Position numbers and translations under genes: made by a program
The notes under the pieces: model-generated
Told to the model about the DNA's origin: nothing
The model's database searches: none
The model's input: the letters and a program-made list of their open reading frames with translations, nothing else
Part shown: positions 1 through 12,125 of the stretch, one piece after another
Position numbering within the stretch: position 1 is the stretch's first letter
Layout of the letters: each line of letters begins with the position of its first letter
Assembly: GCF_006345805.1 (NCBI RefSeq)
Contig: NC_043007.1
Coordinates: 19,592,001-19,656,000 of the forward strand
Reading direction: 5' to 3'
DNA length: 64,000 nucleotides
Source of the DNA: Octopus sinensis
Lineage: Eukaryota

Positions 1-82
1 ATTTGAACTCAGAACATAAAGACAGACAAAATACTGCTAAGCATTTCACCCGGCATGCTAATATTTCTGCCAGCTCACTGCC

Positions 83-124
<42 letters not shown>

Positions 125-152
125 TAATATGGTTTTGTGTTCTTATTTTCAG

Positions 153-223
153 CCCTGAAATGGAGGTGAACAACCAACGCCACCTACGAGGCAACTGGCT
201 GGCCTACTGGGAACATGAACTGG
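153..223 (+). CDS. WDR81: WDR81 coding exon (first in window; upstream exons lie outside the window)
   Basis: Bounded by ttttcAG and GTaagt. Encodes (S)PEMEVNNQRHLRGNWLAYWEHEL(G), matching the recalled WDR81 motif 'LSGNWLAYWQYEIG' just before the WD40 repeats. Phase 2 to phase 1. Confidence 0.93.
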
Positions 224-538
224 GTAAGTATACTTCTGTTTAAATAAGAATTAGCTTAGAGAAATAACTGAGAGTGGCCAATGGCTTGTATTTGAACACC
301 ATAAACAAATACAGGTGTATCAAATTCCATACAACATGAATTCTTGGTTTATTAAAATTACCTCTACCTCTAGAGGATGTGTATGAAGGTACACTAAGAC
401 CAACATGTGTGAAGATACACTCTGTGAAACCACCTGGCAAGCAATGCCTTGATGTCACTCTGACATGACACCCAGATAAAGCTGAAGAGTTCACCTGGTT
501 ACTAAGAGGATGTTTTCCCTTACAAACCTACTAGGCAG

Positions 539-806
539 GTTAAACAAAGGGAAATTACTATGTAATTGACCGTTAGTAAGACAAAAGAGCTTTTAGAATG
601 ACCATTAAGTAAGGGGAAAAAACTGAAGGTACACGTACATGGGTGTGTATGCACGCACGTGTATGTATGTACATGTGTGCATGTGCGATTGCTATGAGAA
701 TTTTTACTTCCTTCCCTTCGGTTTTTTTCCCCTTATTTAACGGTCATTCTAATAGTTCTTTTGTCTTAATAACGGTTAATTACATAATAATTTCCCTTTG
801 TTTAAC
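539..806. mobile_element. Fold-back/MITE-like inverted repeat
   Basis: 539-629 (gttaaacaaagggaaatta...actgaagg) is roughly 88-90% identical by eye to the reverse complement of 715-806. The spacer is about 85 bp and contains GT-rich repeats. Confidence 0.7.
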
Positions 807-837
807 GGTCATTTTCAAAGCATATTTTGATTGCCTC

Positions 838-898
838 GATAACTGACGAGATGCCGGAGCAGGTTTCCGCCCCGACATCCGAAACTCGGAGTCTTATT
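838..898 (+). ncRNA. Type I hammerhead ribozyme motif on a Penelope-like element 3' end
   Basis: gataa-CTGACGA-(31-nt stem II gatgccgg...cgacatcc)-GAAA-ctcgga-GTC-ttatt. Stem I is gataa/ttatt, the triplet is GUC (cut after 893), and stem III ACUC-G-GAGU is palindromic. The tail gaataattgtcaca is followed by (CA)n. Confidence 0.7.
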
Positions 899-1313
899 AT
901 GGCAACCGAATAATTGTCACACACACACACATATATATATATATATACAAAATAAGAAAATGGAGAAACACATCTTAATCAATGATCAGCTACCAGATAA
1001 TACCCAATCACATAATTTATTAAACCACTACATATGAACATTAAGGTCAAACATAATAATATAGAACAAAACAATGTACATGAAAGAGTACTTTTGATAC
1101 AATAAGTACAGTATGTATAAGTGAATATAAATAAATACAAATATAAATATACACTACATCTTACAGCTGTTTCAGCCATGCAGATATGGGTGCCTCATTA
1201 TGCTCATAACTTTGTTGGGTGCTTCACTAGCAGTATATTGGATATATGTTATCCCATGGAGGGTTGCACTTACAACCCCTATCTCAATTTGTATATATAT
1301 ATATATATATATG

Positions 1314-1383
<70 letters not shown>

Positions 1384-1473
1384 ATATATAAATCTAGATT
1401 ACATAGATAGTCATTCAGACCCGTTTGTATTGTATTCCCTAACATTTTCATTTGTTGATATCTCCCTGTACAG

Positions 1474-1533
1474 GGCTCAGTGACCGAACAGCAGCCTTCA
1501 ACTTCAAACACATCAAACTGCAAACTTTCTTGG
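1474..1533 (+). CDS. WDR81: WDR81 coding exon
   Basis: ctgtacAG/GTaagt, 60 bp, phase 1 to 1. Encodes GLSDRTAAFNFKHIKLQTFL(G), compare human 'HFHFHQIRLQSFPG'. Confidence 0.92.
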
Positions 1534-3149
1534 GTAAGTCTTTATACCCCACCACTTTCTCTCTCTCGTCTCTCCCACCCCATCCGCATAACTATGTATA
1601 GTCTTCCATATCAATCATTCAAAATATGCATACATCTGTTTTTGCATGTATTTCAGTTATTCTTGTACAATTAACTTCGCAGCCTCTGTTAAGTTTAATG
1701 GCTGGAAGTTATTTCACAAAAATAGTAGAATTCACTCTTCTACACTCTTCCCTCTTCTGTAATATTCCTATGGCTTCTTCATTTAGTAGCAATAGTCTTT
1801 TTGAAGCCCTTCAGTCTATTGTGCTATGCTTTTTCTTGATGAGAATGCTGACTTAGAATCAGTGAATTCTTTGAAATGCAAAGTATTCCCAATATATTTA
1901 CACATTTAAGAAACAATACAGCCTCGTCCAAGTATGTCTGGTACCTAAAGGACACATAGTTCACCACTTTGAAAATGTAATAGTCTATTCTTGGTTTTCC
2001 ATTATATTTAGACTCAAAGTAATGTTTGTTCTAAGTTGTGCTGACTGTAGTTTGTGCTTCACTGAGAAACTGGACATTTTGTTCCATGACCAGAATGATT
2101 TTAATGAAAAGTTAAACTTTATATTATCATCAAGGGAATTGTAATGAATTTTATTTCATTTCTAGCACATTTTGACAAATATTTATTTCTTAATCATTTT
2201 TTTGATGGCAGTTGTCTCCCTTGAACAAACCCACTCTCTATTTTATTTAGTTGACTGCCGAACAAAATACCTTGTGATATTTGCTCTAGCTCCAGACATT
2301 CTGAGTTCAAATCCCATCAAGGTTAACTCGGTCCATCGTCATCATCATCGTCGTTTAGCGTCCGCTTTCCATGCTTTGGATGGTTCAACTGGGGTTCTGG
2401 GAAGCCAGAAGGCTATGCCAGGCCCTGTCTGATCTGGCAGTGTTTCTCCAGCTGGATGCCCTTCCTAACGCCAACTACTCCGTGAGTGTAGTGGGTGCTT
2501 TTTATGTGCCACCTGCACAGGTGCCAGACGAGGCTGGCAAACGGCCACGATCGGATGGTGCTTTTTACATGCCATCGGCACGGTGGCCGGTCGGGGCGGC
2601 GCTGAAGTACCAGTCAAGTATTGGGGTCAATGTTATCGACTAAGCCCCCCTCCCCTCAAAATTGCAGGCCTTGTACCTAAATCAGAAATCAATGAAGGTA
2701 GAGAATTAATAGAATCATTATTTTTTCTGGCTTGTTATGTTACGAACTAAAATTCTTTCAAGGTCAACTTGACCTTTCATCCTTTCGGGGTTGATGAAAT
2801 AAAGTACCTATGAAGTACTGGGATTGATGTATTTGATTGACCCCCCCCCTCCCCATCAAAATTCAGCCCTTGGGGCCTATAGCAGAAAGAATTAACTAAG
2901 GCAGTGAGCTGGCAGCACCATTACTGCACCAGACAAAATGCTTAGCAACAATTCTTCTAACTCTTTACACTCTCGGTTCAAATGCCTCTCAGACCAACTT
3001 TGTCTTTTATTCATTCAGAGTCAGTAAATAAGTACCAGTTGAGCACTTGGGTCGATGTAACTGACAAAACCCTAACCCCAAAATTTCAGGCCTTGTGCTA
3101 TAGTAAAGAGAATTATTGTTGCTGATTTGTTTGTTTGTTTGTTTGTTGA

Positions 3150-3508
3150 GCGAAGCGGTCTTCGTCCCAGTGGGAGAAGTCCGAAATGTGGTCCTTTGCT
3201 ATTCGTAAGACCCGCAGAAGAGAAAGCAGGTCAACCCTCGAAACCGAGAGCATCGACGGATGGATGAATGCGCATCCAGGCTCAGTGGTTGTGTAGGAAG
3301 TCAGGGACAAGAAACAGGAAGAAAGAGTGAGAGAGAAAGATGGGGCAAAAGAGTACAACAGGGGTCGCCACCACCACCTCCTGCCGGAACCTCGTGGAGC
3401 TTTAGGTGTTTTCGCTCAATGAACACACACAACGCCCGGCCTGGGAATCGAAACTATGATCCTCCAACCGTTTGTCCGCTGCCCTAACCACTGGGCCATT
3501 GCGCCTCC
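3150..3508 (-). mobile_element. tRNA-derived SINE family D
   Basis: Head ggaggcgcaatggcccagtggttagggcagc (A-box-like). A second copy lies at 31968-32150 (+). Confidence 0.65.
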
Positions 3509-3762
3509 ACTGTTGTTGCTGAAGACAGCTAGCTGGCAGAATCGTTAGCAGCATCATTAGCTTGGTGGCATTTTTTCTGGCTTCACGTTCTGAGTTCAAA
3601 TTCCACTGTGGTCGACTTTGCCTTTCATCCTTTCAGGGTCGACAAAATAGGTACCAGTTACCATGTAACCAACTTAGTCTCTCCCCCCAAAACTGCTGGC
3701 CTTGTGCCAAAATTTGGAACCATTATTGTTATTGTTGTTGTTGTCTGTTGTTATATTTACAG

Positions 3763-3883
3763 GTCACAACACCAGCATCAGATCGCTGTGTGTGTTGGAC
3801 AGTGAGAGCTCCTTCATCAGTGCGAGTAAAGACAAGACCGTAAAACTCTGGTCACTGACCAGCTTTGGAGATGGATCCGGAAA
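3763..3883 (+). CDS. WDR81: WDR81 coding exon, WD40 repeat
   Basis: tttacAG/GTaagt, 121 bp, phase 1 to 2. Encodes [40 protein letters not shown], a GH...W WD repeat (human '[38 protein letters not shown]'). Confidence 0.95.
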
Positions 3884-4877
3884 GTAAGTTTCTATCAGAT
3901 ATTTCTGATGTAGTGTGTAACCTCAGATCAGCCCTCAATCAGCAGCTTTTTTTTTAAGATGGTCGAGTATGATTTGAGGGAGATTTGGCTGCTATTTCTG
4001 ATCGGTTTATGGACTGCTTGGTCTGGAAAAAGTATGTTTCACTTGTTTTTTTACTCCCAGGTCAGCAGTGATCAAGCAGGCTTATAAAGGTGTTTCAGCC
4101 ATGGCCACCCCATCTAAATTATTTAATATAACTATTTTTTTATTCATTTTTGTTTTTCGTTTTTTTATAAGTAGTAAGTTGTGATTTGAGAATGATTTAT
4201 GTGTACCTTTCCTTCATTGGACACTAAACTCTGCTTGCAAAGATCTGTTGAGGCAAGTGAAATCAAAATCAAAATCAAATTCTATGACTGGCATCTGTGC
4301 TAGTGGAGCGCTAAGAGCACCATCTGAGCATGATCGTTGCCAGAGCAGCTAACTGGCTTCCGAGCCGGTGGCACATAAAAAGTACCATTCAAGCATGATC
4401 GTTACCAGCATCATCTAACTGGCACTTGTGCCAGTGACACATGAAAAAACATTCGAGCGAGGTCATTGCCAGTACCACCTGACTGGCCCTCGTGCCAGTG
4501 GCACGTAAAAGTACCCACTACACTCTCGTAGTGGTTGGCGTTCGGAAGGGCATTCAGCTGTAGAAACTCTGCCAGATCAGATTGGAGCCTGGTGCGGCCA
4601 TCTGGTTCGCCAGTCCTCAGTTAAATTGTCCAACCCATGCTAGCATGGAAAGCGGACGTTAAACAATGATGATGATGATGATGATGATGATTAACTGCTA
4701 TTTCTGACAGGTTCAGCAAGCATGTAATGGTGCCTTCATTGGCTTGTATCTTCATCTGTGTGTGTTTGTGTATGTTCCCAGTTTAATCGCACTTGAGTCA
4801 ATAAAAGTAAATTAAGCTTTTTTTTATTTTCTCTTTGAACATGGAAATGTAACCTTAACTGTTTTTTTCTGTTGCAG

Positions 4878-4980
4878 ATGTGGTTGTCAATGGACGTATC
4901 GGTTGCACAAGAAGTCCGTGTTCAGCGTTGGCTTCTTGGAGAGTGTCCGTCTGGTTGCATCCAGTGACAGTACTGTGCAT
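4878..4980 (+). CDS. WDR81: WDR81 coding exon
   Basis: ttgcAG/GTaagt, 103 bp, phase 2 to 0. Encodes (K)CGCQWTYRLHKKSVFSVGFLESVRLVASSDSTVH (human 'YTQHRKSVFFVGQLE...VVSCDGAVH'). Confidence 0.94.
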
Positions 4981-5482
4981 GTAAGTGACCCCCTTGCATT
5001 TTTGTAGCAAATAGAAAAAATTTGCACTCAGACACACACACACACACACACAGTCACTCACACATGCTTTCCCAACTCTAACTTAAACTTGAATACATAT
5101 TTACCCCATTTCCTCCAGACACAAACGTAAACACACCTGTCTGTGTGGGGGTACACATATACATGTTATTTGTCATTGGTGTCCCTCTATGAAATCTAGT
5201 GTATAGCCACAAGCTTCATTGGTCAACTCATTGCTGACATCTATAATATATATATATATATACTCTCTCTCTCTCTCTTTTACTCTTTTACTTGTTTCAG
5301 TCATTTGACTGCGGCCATGCTGGGGCATCGCCTTTAATCGAGCAACTCAACCCCGGGACTTATTCTTTGTAAGCCCAGTACTTATTCTATAGGTCTCTTT
5401 TTGCTGAACCGCTAAGTAACGGGGACATAAACACACTGGCATCGGTTGTCAAGCAATGCTAGGGGGACAGACACACAAAAAT

Positions 5483-5544
<62 letters not shown>

Positions 5545-5719
5545 ATAAATATTAGGGAATATATCCAAATTTACAGGGAAAAAAATCAGATTTAGGATTA
5601 AATCCAATTTTATAGTAAAATATTATAAAATATTATTTGAGACAAAACCACTATTTTGCAAAACAAACAAGGAAAGACTTAATCAATACATAAAATTTAA
5701 TAAATAGTCAAAAAAACCG

Positions 5720-5762
5720 CCACTACAATCGTTTCTTGTCTTGATCGACAATCTTCAGGTGG
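5720..5762 (-). ncRNA. Minimal type I hammerhead ribozyme motif (mirror copy)
   Basis: Exact reverse complement of 11241-11283, near the outer end of the left palindrome arm. Confidence 0.75.
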
Positions 5763-8700
5763 ACTTCCAATCTAAAAAATCAAAATTTTAAAATATAAAA
5801 ATAATACTTTTAAATAATTAAAGTATAAATGAAAAAATATAAGTATATAATCCATATATAACCTATATATAATCCATATCGAAAATATAGACTAATTACC
5901 ACGAATTCCCTAAAAAAACCATGATAAAACAAAACTCTTAAAAACATATAACGATAAAATCTCCCTTTGCTAAACTCTATAACAAACCTATAAAGTAAAC
6001 CCCCTAACCTAAACATTCACACACAAATACACACACGTAAACCACAGACTCACGACTTATACACATACCTATACTAACTTATAAACCTCAATATACACCA
6101 AAACCCACTCCCTCCCCACACAGACAAATTAACACATACATCCCAAAACCTAAATAACAAACCCATATACACATTCACACACAAACACACACTCACACGC
6201 AAAACACTCACACACAAAAGATACATATACTCCCTCACATATACGCCTATACATACTCACTAAACTCGACATATACAACATACTTACACACCACAAAAAA
6301 ACATTATATACATTTATGAGCTTTAACTCACCTTAGCATCTCTAACAAACAACTTGCAGTAACCCAATCCCATTCTCTATGCCTACCTCACTACTACACT
6401 ATTCCATTCACATTCCAAGCAACGCTAGTCCACCACCCGTTATTCACGTAGCAAAACGAACACCACTCAAAAATTATGAATGAAACAATGTAAAAAAATA
6501 ACCAACACCTAAAATAGACAAAATACCACGAATTACCTAAAAAACCATGATAAACCAAAACTCATAAAAGCATATACGATAAAATCTCCCTTTGCTAAAC
6601 CCTATAACAAACTTATATAGCAATCCCCCTAACCTAAACATTCACACACAAAAAACCCACACGTAAACCACAGACCCAAGACTTATACACAAACCTATAC
6701 TAACTTATAAACCTCAATATACACCAAAAACCACTCCCTCCCCACACAGACAAATTAACACATACATCCCAAATCCTAAATAACAAACCCAAATACACAT
6801 TCACACACAAACACACACACACGCAAAACACACACACACAACAGATACATATGCTCCCTCACATATACGCATATACATACTCACTAAAACTCGATATATA
6901 CAACAATATTTACACCCACACTCATACAGATAAATAAATTAATTATACAATTAAAAACTCACAACCAATCTCATATACATAAACACTCTTATGAAAACAA
7001 CAATAAATACATCGTAATTAACCAGAATATCAAAAATAACATTATGACATAAGGATAAATCAAATACATACTTACAATTCAGTTACAAATTATGAAGTGA
7101 AATTAGATTCTTAGCCGTTAAAAAACCAAACAAAATTACGTTACCATGGAAATAACTAATGTAAAAAAAGAATACGCGCCATAGAAAGTAAACGTCATTC
7201 ATAGTATGAATGGAGAAATATAATAATGGAACTAAAAACTATTTCCACGTAGCAAACCAACGCTACTTAAAAAAATTTATTATGAATGGATTCTTTAAAA
7301 ACTATCATGAAAAATCAATTATATACATTTATGAGCTTTAGCTCACCCTAGCAACTCTAACAAACAACTTACAGTAACCCATACTCAATGCCTACCTCAT
7401 TACCACCCTAATCCATTCACAATTCCAAGCAACACTAGTCCACCACCCGGTTACAATTCCCAACTCTACCCATTCATTCACAATTTCAACGACGTTCCCT
7501 TCAACAACTCTACATATAAGCCTCAACATATACACCGGAGATACACTTACACATCCGTGCGGATGGGTGAGAGTATACATTAAGTGTAGTGATGGGGCTC
7601 CCATTTCTAAACACATTTGTACCTGTGTGGTAGTCTCCATGTGTATATTCACGCACGGGTATAAATACAGGGGGTACACGCTCACTTCATTACGTGTACC
7701 CCTCACATGTACATATGCATACTATTTTGGCTCGATATATGCAACAATGTAATCGCGCCCGTATGTGTGAGCATTCACTGGTTGTGCAATTCACCCATCT
7801 GGGTGTGATTGTGTGTAAACTTATCACTGTGGAGGTCGAGCTTGATACGTATATATTAGTGTGTATTAGGGGTTGTACGTACTAATTATGTTCATGTGCT
7901 TCACGCACTGCGTCCATGTATGGAAGAATATATTGGGATTACTATGTAGGTGTGAATAGGGTATGGGGGAGTTTTGTCATTGTATGGGTGTGGGTTTCAT
8001 TTGTGATGGTGGTTAGTTGGTGATTATTAGTATGTTCTGTATATTAGGGCTAGTATGTATTATTCAAGTGTGTATAATTGTATACATATAATTGGTGTGA
8101 ATGGGATTACTCCCATTTTTTTTTTTTTTTTTTTTTTATTATTATTTTTAGGGGATGTATGTGTTTATTTATCCAGCCCCACATGGATAAATAAACACAT
8201 ACATCCCCTAAAAGTAATAATAAAAAAAAAATAAAAAAAAAAAAAAAAAAATGGGAGTAATCCCATTCACACCAATTATATGTATACAATTATACACACT
8301 TGAATAATACATACTAGCCCTAATATACAGAACATACTAATAATCACCAACTAACCACCATCACAAATGAAACCCACACCCATACAATGACAAAACTCCC
8401 CCATACCCTATTCACACCTACATAGTAATCCCAATATATTCTTCCATACATGGACGCAAGTGCGTGAAGCACATGAACATAATTAGTACGTACAACCCCT
8501 AATACACACTAATATATACGTATCAAGCTCGACCTCCACAGTGATAAGTTTACACACAATCACACCCAGATGGGTGAATTGCACAACCAGTGAATGCTCA
8601 CACATACGGGCGCGATTACATTGTTGCATATATCGAGCCAAAATAGTATGCATATGTACATGTGAGGGGTACACGTAAATGAAGTGAGCGTGTACCCCCT

Positions 8701-11240
8701 GTATTTATACCCGTGCGTGAAATACACATGGAGACTACCACACAGGTACAAATGTGTTTAGAAATGGGAGCCCCATCACTACACTTAATGTATACTCTCA
8801 CCCATCCGCACGGATGTGTAAGTGTATCTCCGGTGTATATGTTGAGGCTTATATGTAGAGTTGTTGAAGGGAACGTCGTTGAAATTGTGAATGAATGGGT
8901 AGAGTTGGGAATTGTAACCGGGTGGTGGACTAGTGTTGCTTGGAATTGTGAATGGATTAGGGTGGTAATGAGGTAGGCATTGAGTATGGGTTACTGTAAG
9001 TTGTTTGTTAGAGTTGCTAGGGTGAGCTAAAGCTCATAAATGTATATAATTGATTTTTCATGATAGTTTTTAAAGAATCCATTCATAATAAATTTTTTTA
9101 AGTAGCGTTGGTTTGCTACGTGGAAATAGTTTTTAGTTCCATTTATTATATTTCTCCATTCATACTATGAATGACGTTTACTTTCTATGGCGCGTATTCT
9201 TTTTTTACATTAGTTATTTCCATGGTAACGTAATTTTGTTTGGTTTTTTAACGGCTAAGAATCTAATTTCACTTCATAATTTGTAACTGAATTGTAAGTA
9301 TGTATTTGATTTATCCTTATGTCATAATGTTATTTTTGATATTCTGGTTAATTACGATGTATTTATTGTTGTTTTCATAAGAGTGTTTATGTATATGAGA
9401 TTGGTTGTGAGTTTTTAATTGTATAATTAATTTATTTATCTGTATGAGTGTGGGTGTAAATATTGTTGTATATATCGAGTTTTAGTGAGTATGTATATGC
9501 GTATATGTGAGGGAGCATATGTATCTGTTGTGTGTGTGTGTTTTGCGTGTGGTGTGTTTTGTGTGTGAATGTGTATTTGGGTTTGTTATTTAGGATTTGG
9601 GATGTATGTGTTAATTTGTCTGTGTGGGGAGGGAGTGGTTTTTGGTGTATATTGAGGTTTATAAGTTAGTATAGGTTTGTGTATAAGTCTTGGGTCTGTG
9701 GTTTACGTGTGGGTTTTTTGTGTGTGAATGTTTAGGTTAGGGGGATTGCTATATAAGTTTGTTATAGGGTTTAGCAAAGGGAGATTTTATCGTTATATGC
9801 TTTTATGAGTTTTGGTTTATCATGGTTTTTTTAGGTAATTCGTGGTATTTTGTCTATTTTAGGTGTTGGTTATTTTTTTACATTGTTTCATTCATAATTT
9901 TTGAGTGGTGTTCGTTTTGCTACGTGAATAACCGGGTGGTGGACTAGCGTTGCTTGGAATGTGAATGGAATAGTGTAGTAGTGAGGTAGGCATAGAGAAT
10001 GGGATTGGGTTACTGCAAGTTGTTTGTTAGAGATGCTAAGGTGAGTTAAAGCTCATAAATGTATATAATGTTTTTTGTGGGTGTGTAAGTATTGTTGTAT
10101 ATGTCGAGTTAGTGAGTATGTATAGGCGTATATGTGAGGGAGTATATGTATCTTTTGTGTGTGAGTGTTTTGCGTGTGAGTGTGTGTTTTGTGTGTGAAT
10201 GTGTATATGGGTTTGTTATTTAGGTTTTGGGATGTATGTGTTAATTTGTCTGTGTGGGGAGGGAGTGGGTTTTGGTGTATATTGAGGTTTATAAGTTAGT
10301 ATAGGTATGTGTATAAGTCGTGAGTCTGTGGTTTACGTGTGTGTATTTGTGTGTGAATGTTAGGTTAGGGGGTTTACTTTATAGGTTTGTTATAGAGTTT
10401 AGCAAAGGGAGATTTTATCGTTATATGTTTTTAAGAGTTTTGTTTTATCATGGTTTTTTTAGGTAATTCGTGGTATTTTGTCTATTTTAGGTGTTGGTTA
10501 TTTTTTTACATTGTTTCATTCATAATTTTTGAGTGGTGTTCGTTTTGCTACGTGAATAACCGGGTGGTGGACTAGCGTTGCTTGGAATGTGAATGGAATA
10601 GTGTAGTAGTGAGGTAGGCATAGAGAATGGGATTGGGTTACTGCAAGTTGTTTGTTAGAGATGCTAAGGTGAGTTAAAGCTCATAAATGTATATAATGTT
10701 TTTTGTGGGTGTGTAAGTATTGTTGTATATGTCGAGTTTTAGTGAGTATGTATAGGCGTATATGTGAGGGAGTATATGTATCTTTTGTGTGTGAGTGTTT
10801 TGCGTGTGAGTGTGTGTTTTGTGTGTGAATGTGTATATGGGTTTGTTATTTAGGTTTTGGGATGTATGTGTTAATTTGTCTGTGTGGGGAGGGAGTGGGT
10901 TTTGGTGTATATTGAGGTTTATAAGTTAGTATAGGTATGTGTATAAGTCGTGAGTCTGTGGTTTACGTGTGTGTATTTGTGTGTGAATGTTTAGGTTAGG
11001 GGGTTTACTTTATAGGTTTGTTATAGAGTTTAGCAAAGGGAGATTTTATCGTTATATGTTTTTAAGAGTTTTGTTTTATCATGGTTTTTTTAGGGAATTC
11101 GTGGTAATTAGTCTATATTTTCGATATGGATTATATATAGGTTATATATGGATTATATACTTATATTTTTTCATTTATACTTTAATTATTTAAAAGTATT
11201 ATTTTTATATTTTAAAATTTTGATTTTTTAGATTGGAAGT

Positions 11241-11283
11241 CCACCTGAAGATTGTCGATCAAGACAAGAAACGATTGTAGTGG
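11241..11283 (+). ncRNA. Minimal type I hammerhead ribozyme motif (Penelope-like end)
   Basis: ccac-CTGAAGA-ttgtc[gatcaa]gacaa-GAAA-c[gatt]gt-A-gtgg. Stem I is ccac/gtgg, the core is CUGANGA, stem II has 5 bp, and there is a GAAA and a GUA cleavage triplet (cut after 11279). Stem III ACGAUUGU self-pairs with G-U wobbles, so it is dimer-competent. Confidence 0.75.
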
Positions 11284-11376
11284 CGGTTTTTTTGACTATT
11301 TATTAAATTTTATGTATTGATTAAGTCTTTCCTTGTTTGTTTTGCAAAATAGTGGTTTTGTCTCAAATAATATTTT

Positions 11377-11411
<35 letters not shown>

Positions 11412-11455
11412 GACATATATATGACATATATATATACATACATATAATATATATA

Positions 11456-11745
11456 TTATAATTTAGGGTATCTAAGAGATACCGCCATGCTGAAAATAGC
11501 AGCCAAGATCTGACTCTAAAACCACAATAAATGCCCATACAGCACAAGGAGAGAAGACCAAAAGACAAAATAAACTACTAAAAAATTACTGGATAATTCC
11601 AGATCCCGGATTTCTGGCTTTACTAGTTTATTTTGTCTTTCTGTCTTCTCTCCTTGTGCTGTATGGGCATTTAATGTGGCTTTAGAGTCAGATCTTGGCT
11701 GCTATTTCCAGCATGGGGGTATCTCTTAGGTACCCTAAATTATAA
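11456..11745. mobile_element. Fold-back MITE
   Basis: Arms of about 128 bp (ttataatttagggtatctaagagatac... / ...gtatctcttaggtaccctaaattataa) with a ~36-nt loop, TA-flanked. Confidence 0.75.
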
Positions 11746-12048
11746 TTTTAATAATAATTATTACCTCTGAAGGTTTTTATTTCCATGGTGGCGACTTGAT
11801 AATATTGTTATTTAATTTAAATTAGCGATCTTGTCCTTATGTGTGTATATATATATATATATATATTGTTGTATTTAGGAATGGTCATTTTGCCAGTTTA
11901 GCCAATAAAAACACACGCACTATATATTTGCTGTTACTTTGCTTCAGTGTTATTCATTTTTTACATTAATCTTAATCTTATTTCGGCTACGGTTCTTTCG
12001 TCACTCCTGTGACCTCATCAGTGATCCTTTGCTTTCTTCTTTATATAT

Positions 12049-12081
<33 letters not shown>

Positions 12082-12125
12082 CATAATATATATAACATGT
12101 TTGCAATTTGTCTGTCTCATTGTAG

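Larger units (their letters stand above)
5624..11378. repeat. Giant near-perfect inverted repeat (palindrome) in a WDR81 intron
   Basis: The left arm 5624-8175 is the reverse complement of the right arm 8184-11378, with an 8-nt spacer GCCCCACA. The ORF track shows mirrored ORFs (5810-6016 vs 10987-11193; 7392-7706 vs the end of 8713-8976; 7694-7885 vs 8483-8674). The arms contain ~628-bp internal repeats, two on the left and three on the right. Confidence 0.93.

Noticed and set aside
5810-11193. Mirrored ORFs in the palindrome (e.g. MFRLGGLLYRF..., MRVYIKCSDGAP...) as a Penelope RT/GIY-YIG or viral protein
   Set aside because: They are short, compositionally biased, disrupted by indels between arms, and have no RT or GIY-YIG motifs.
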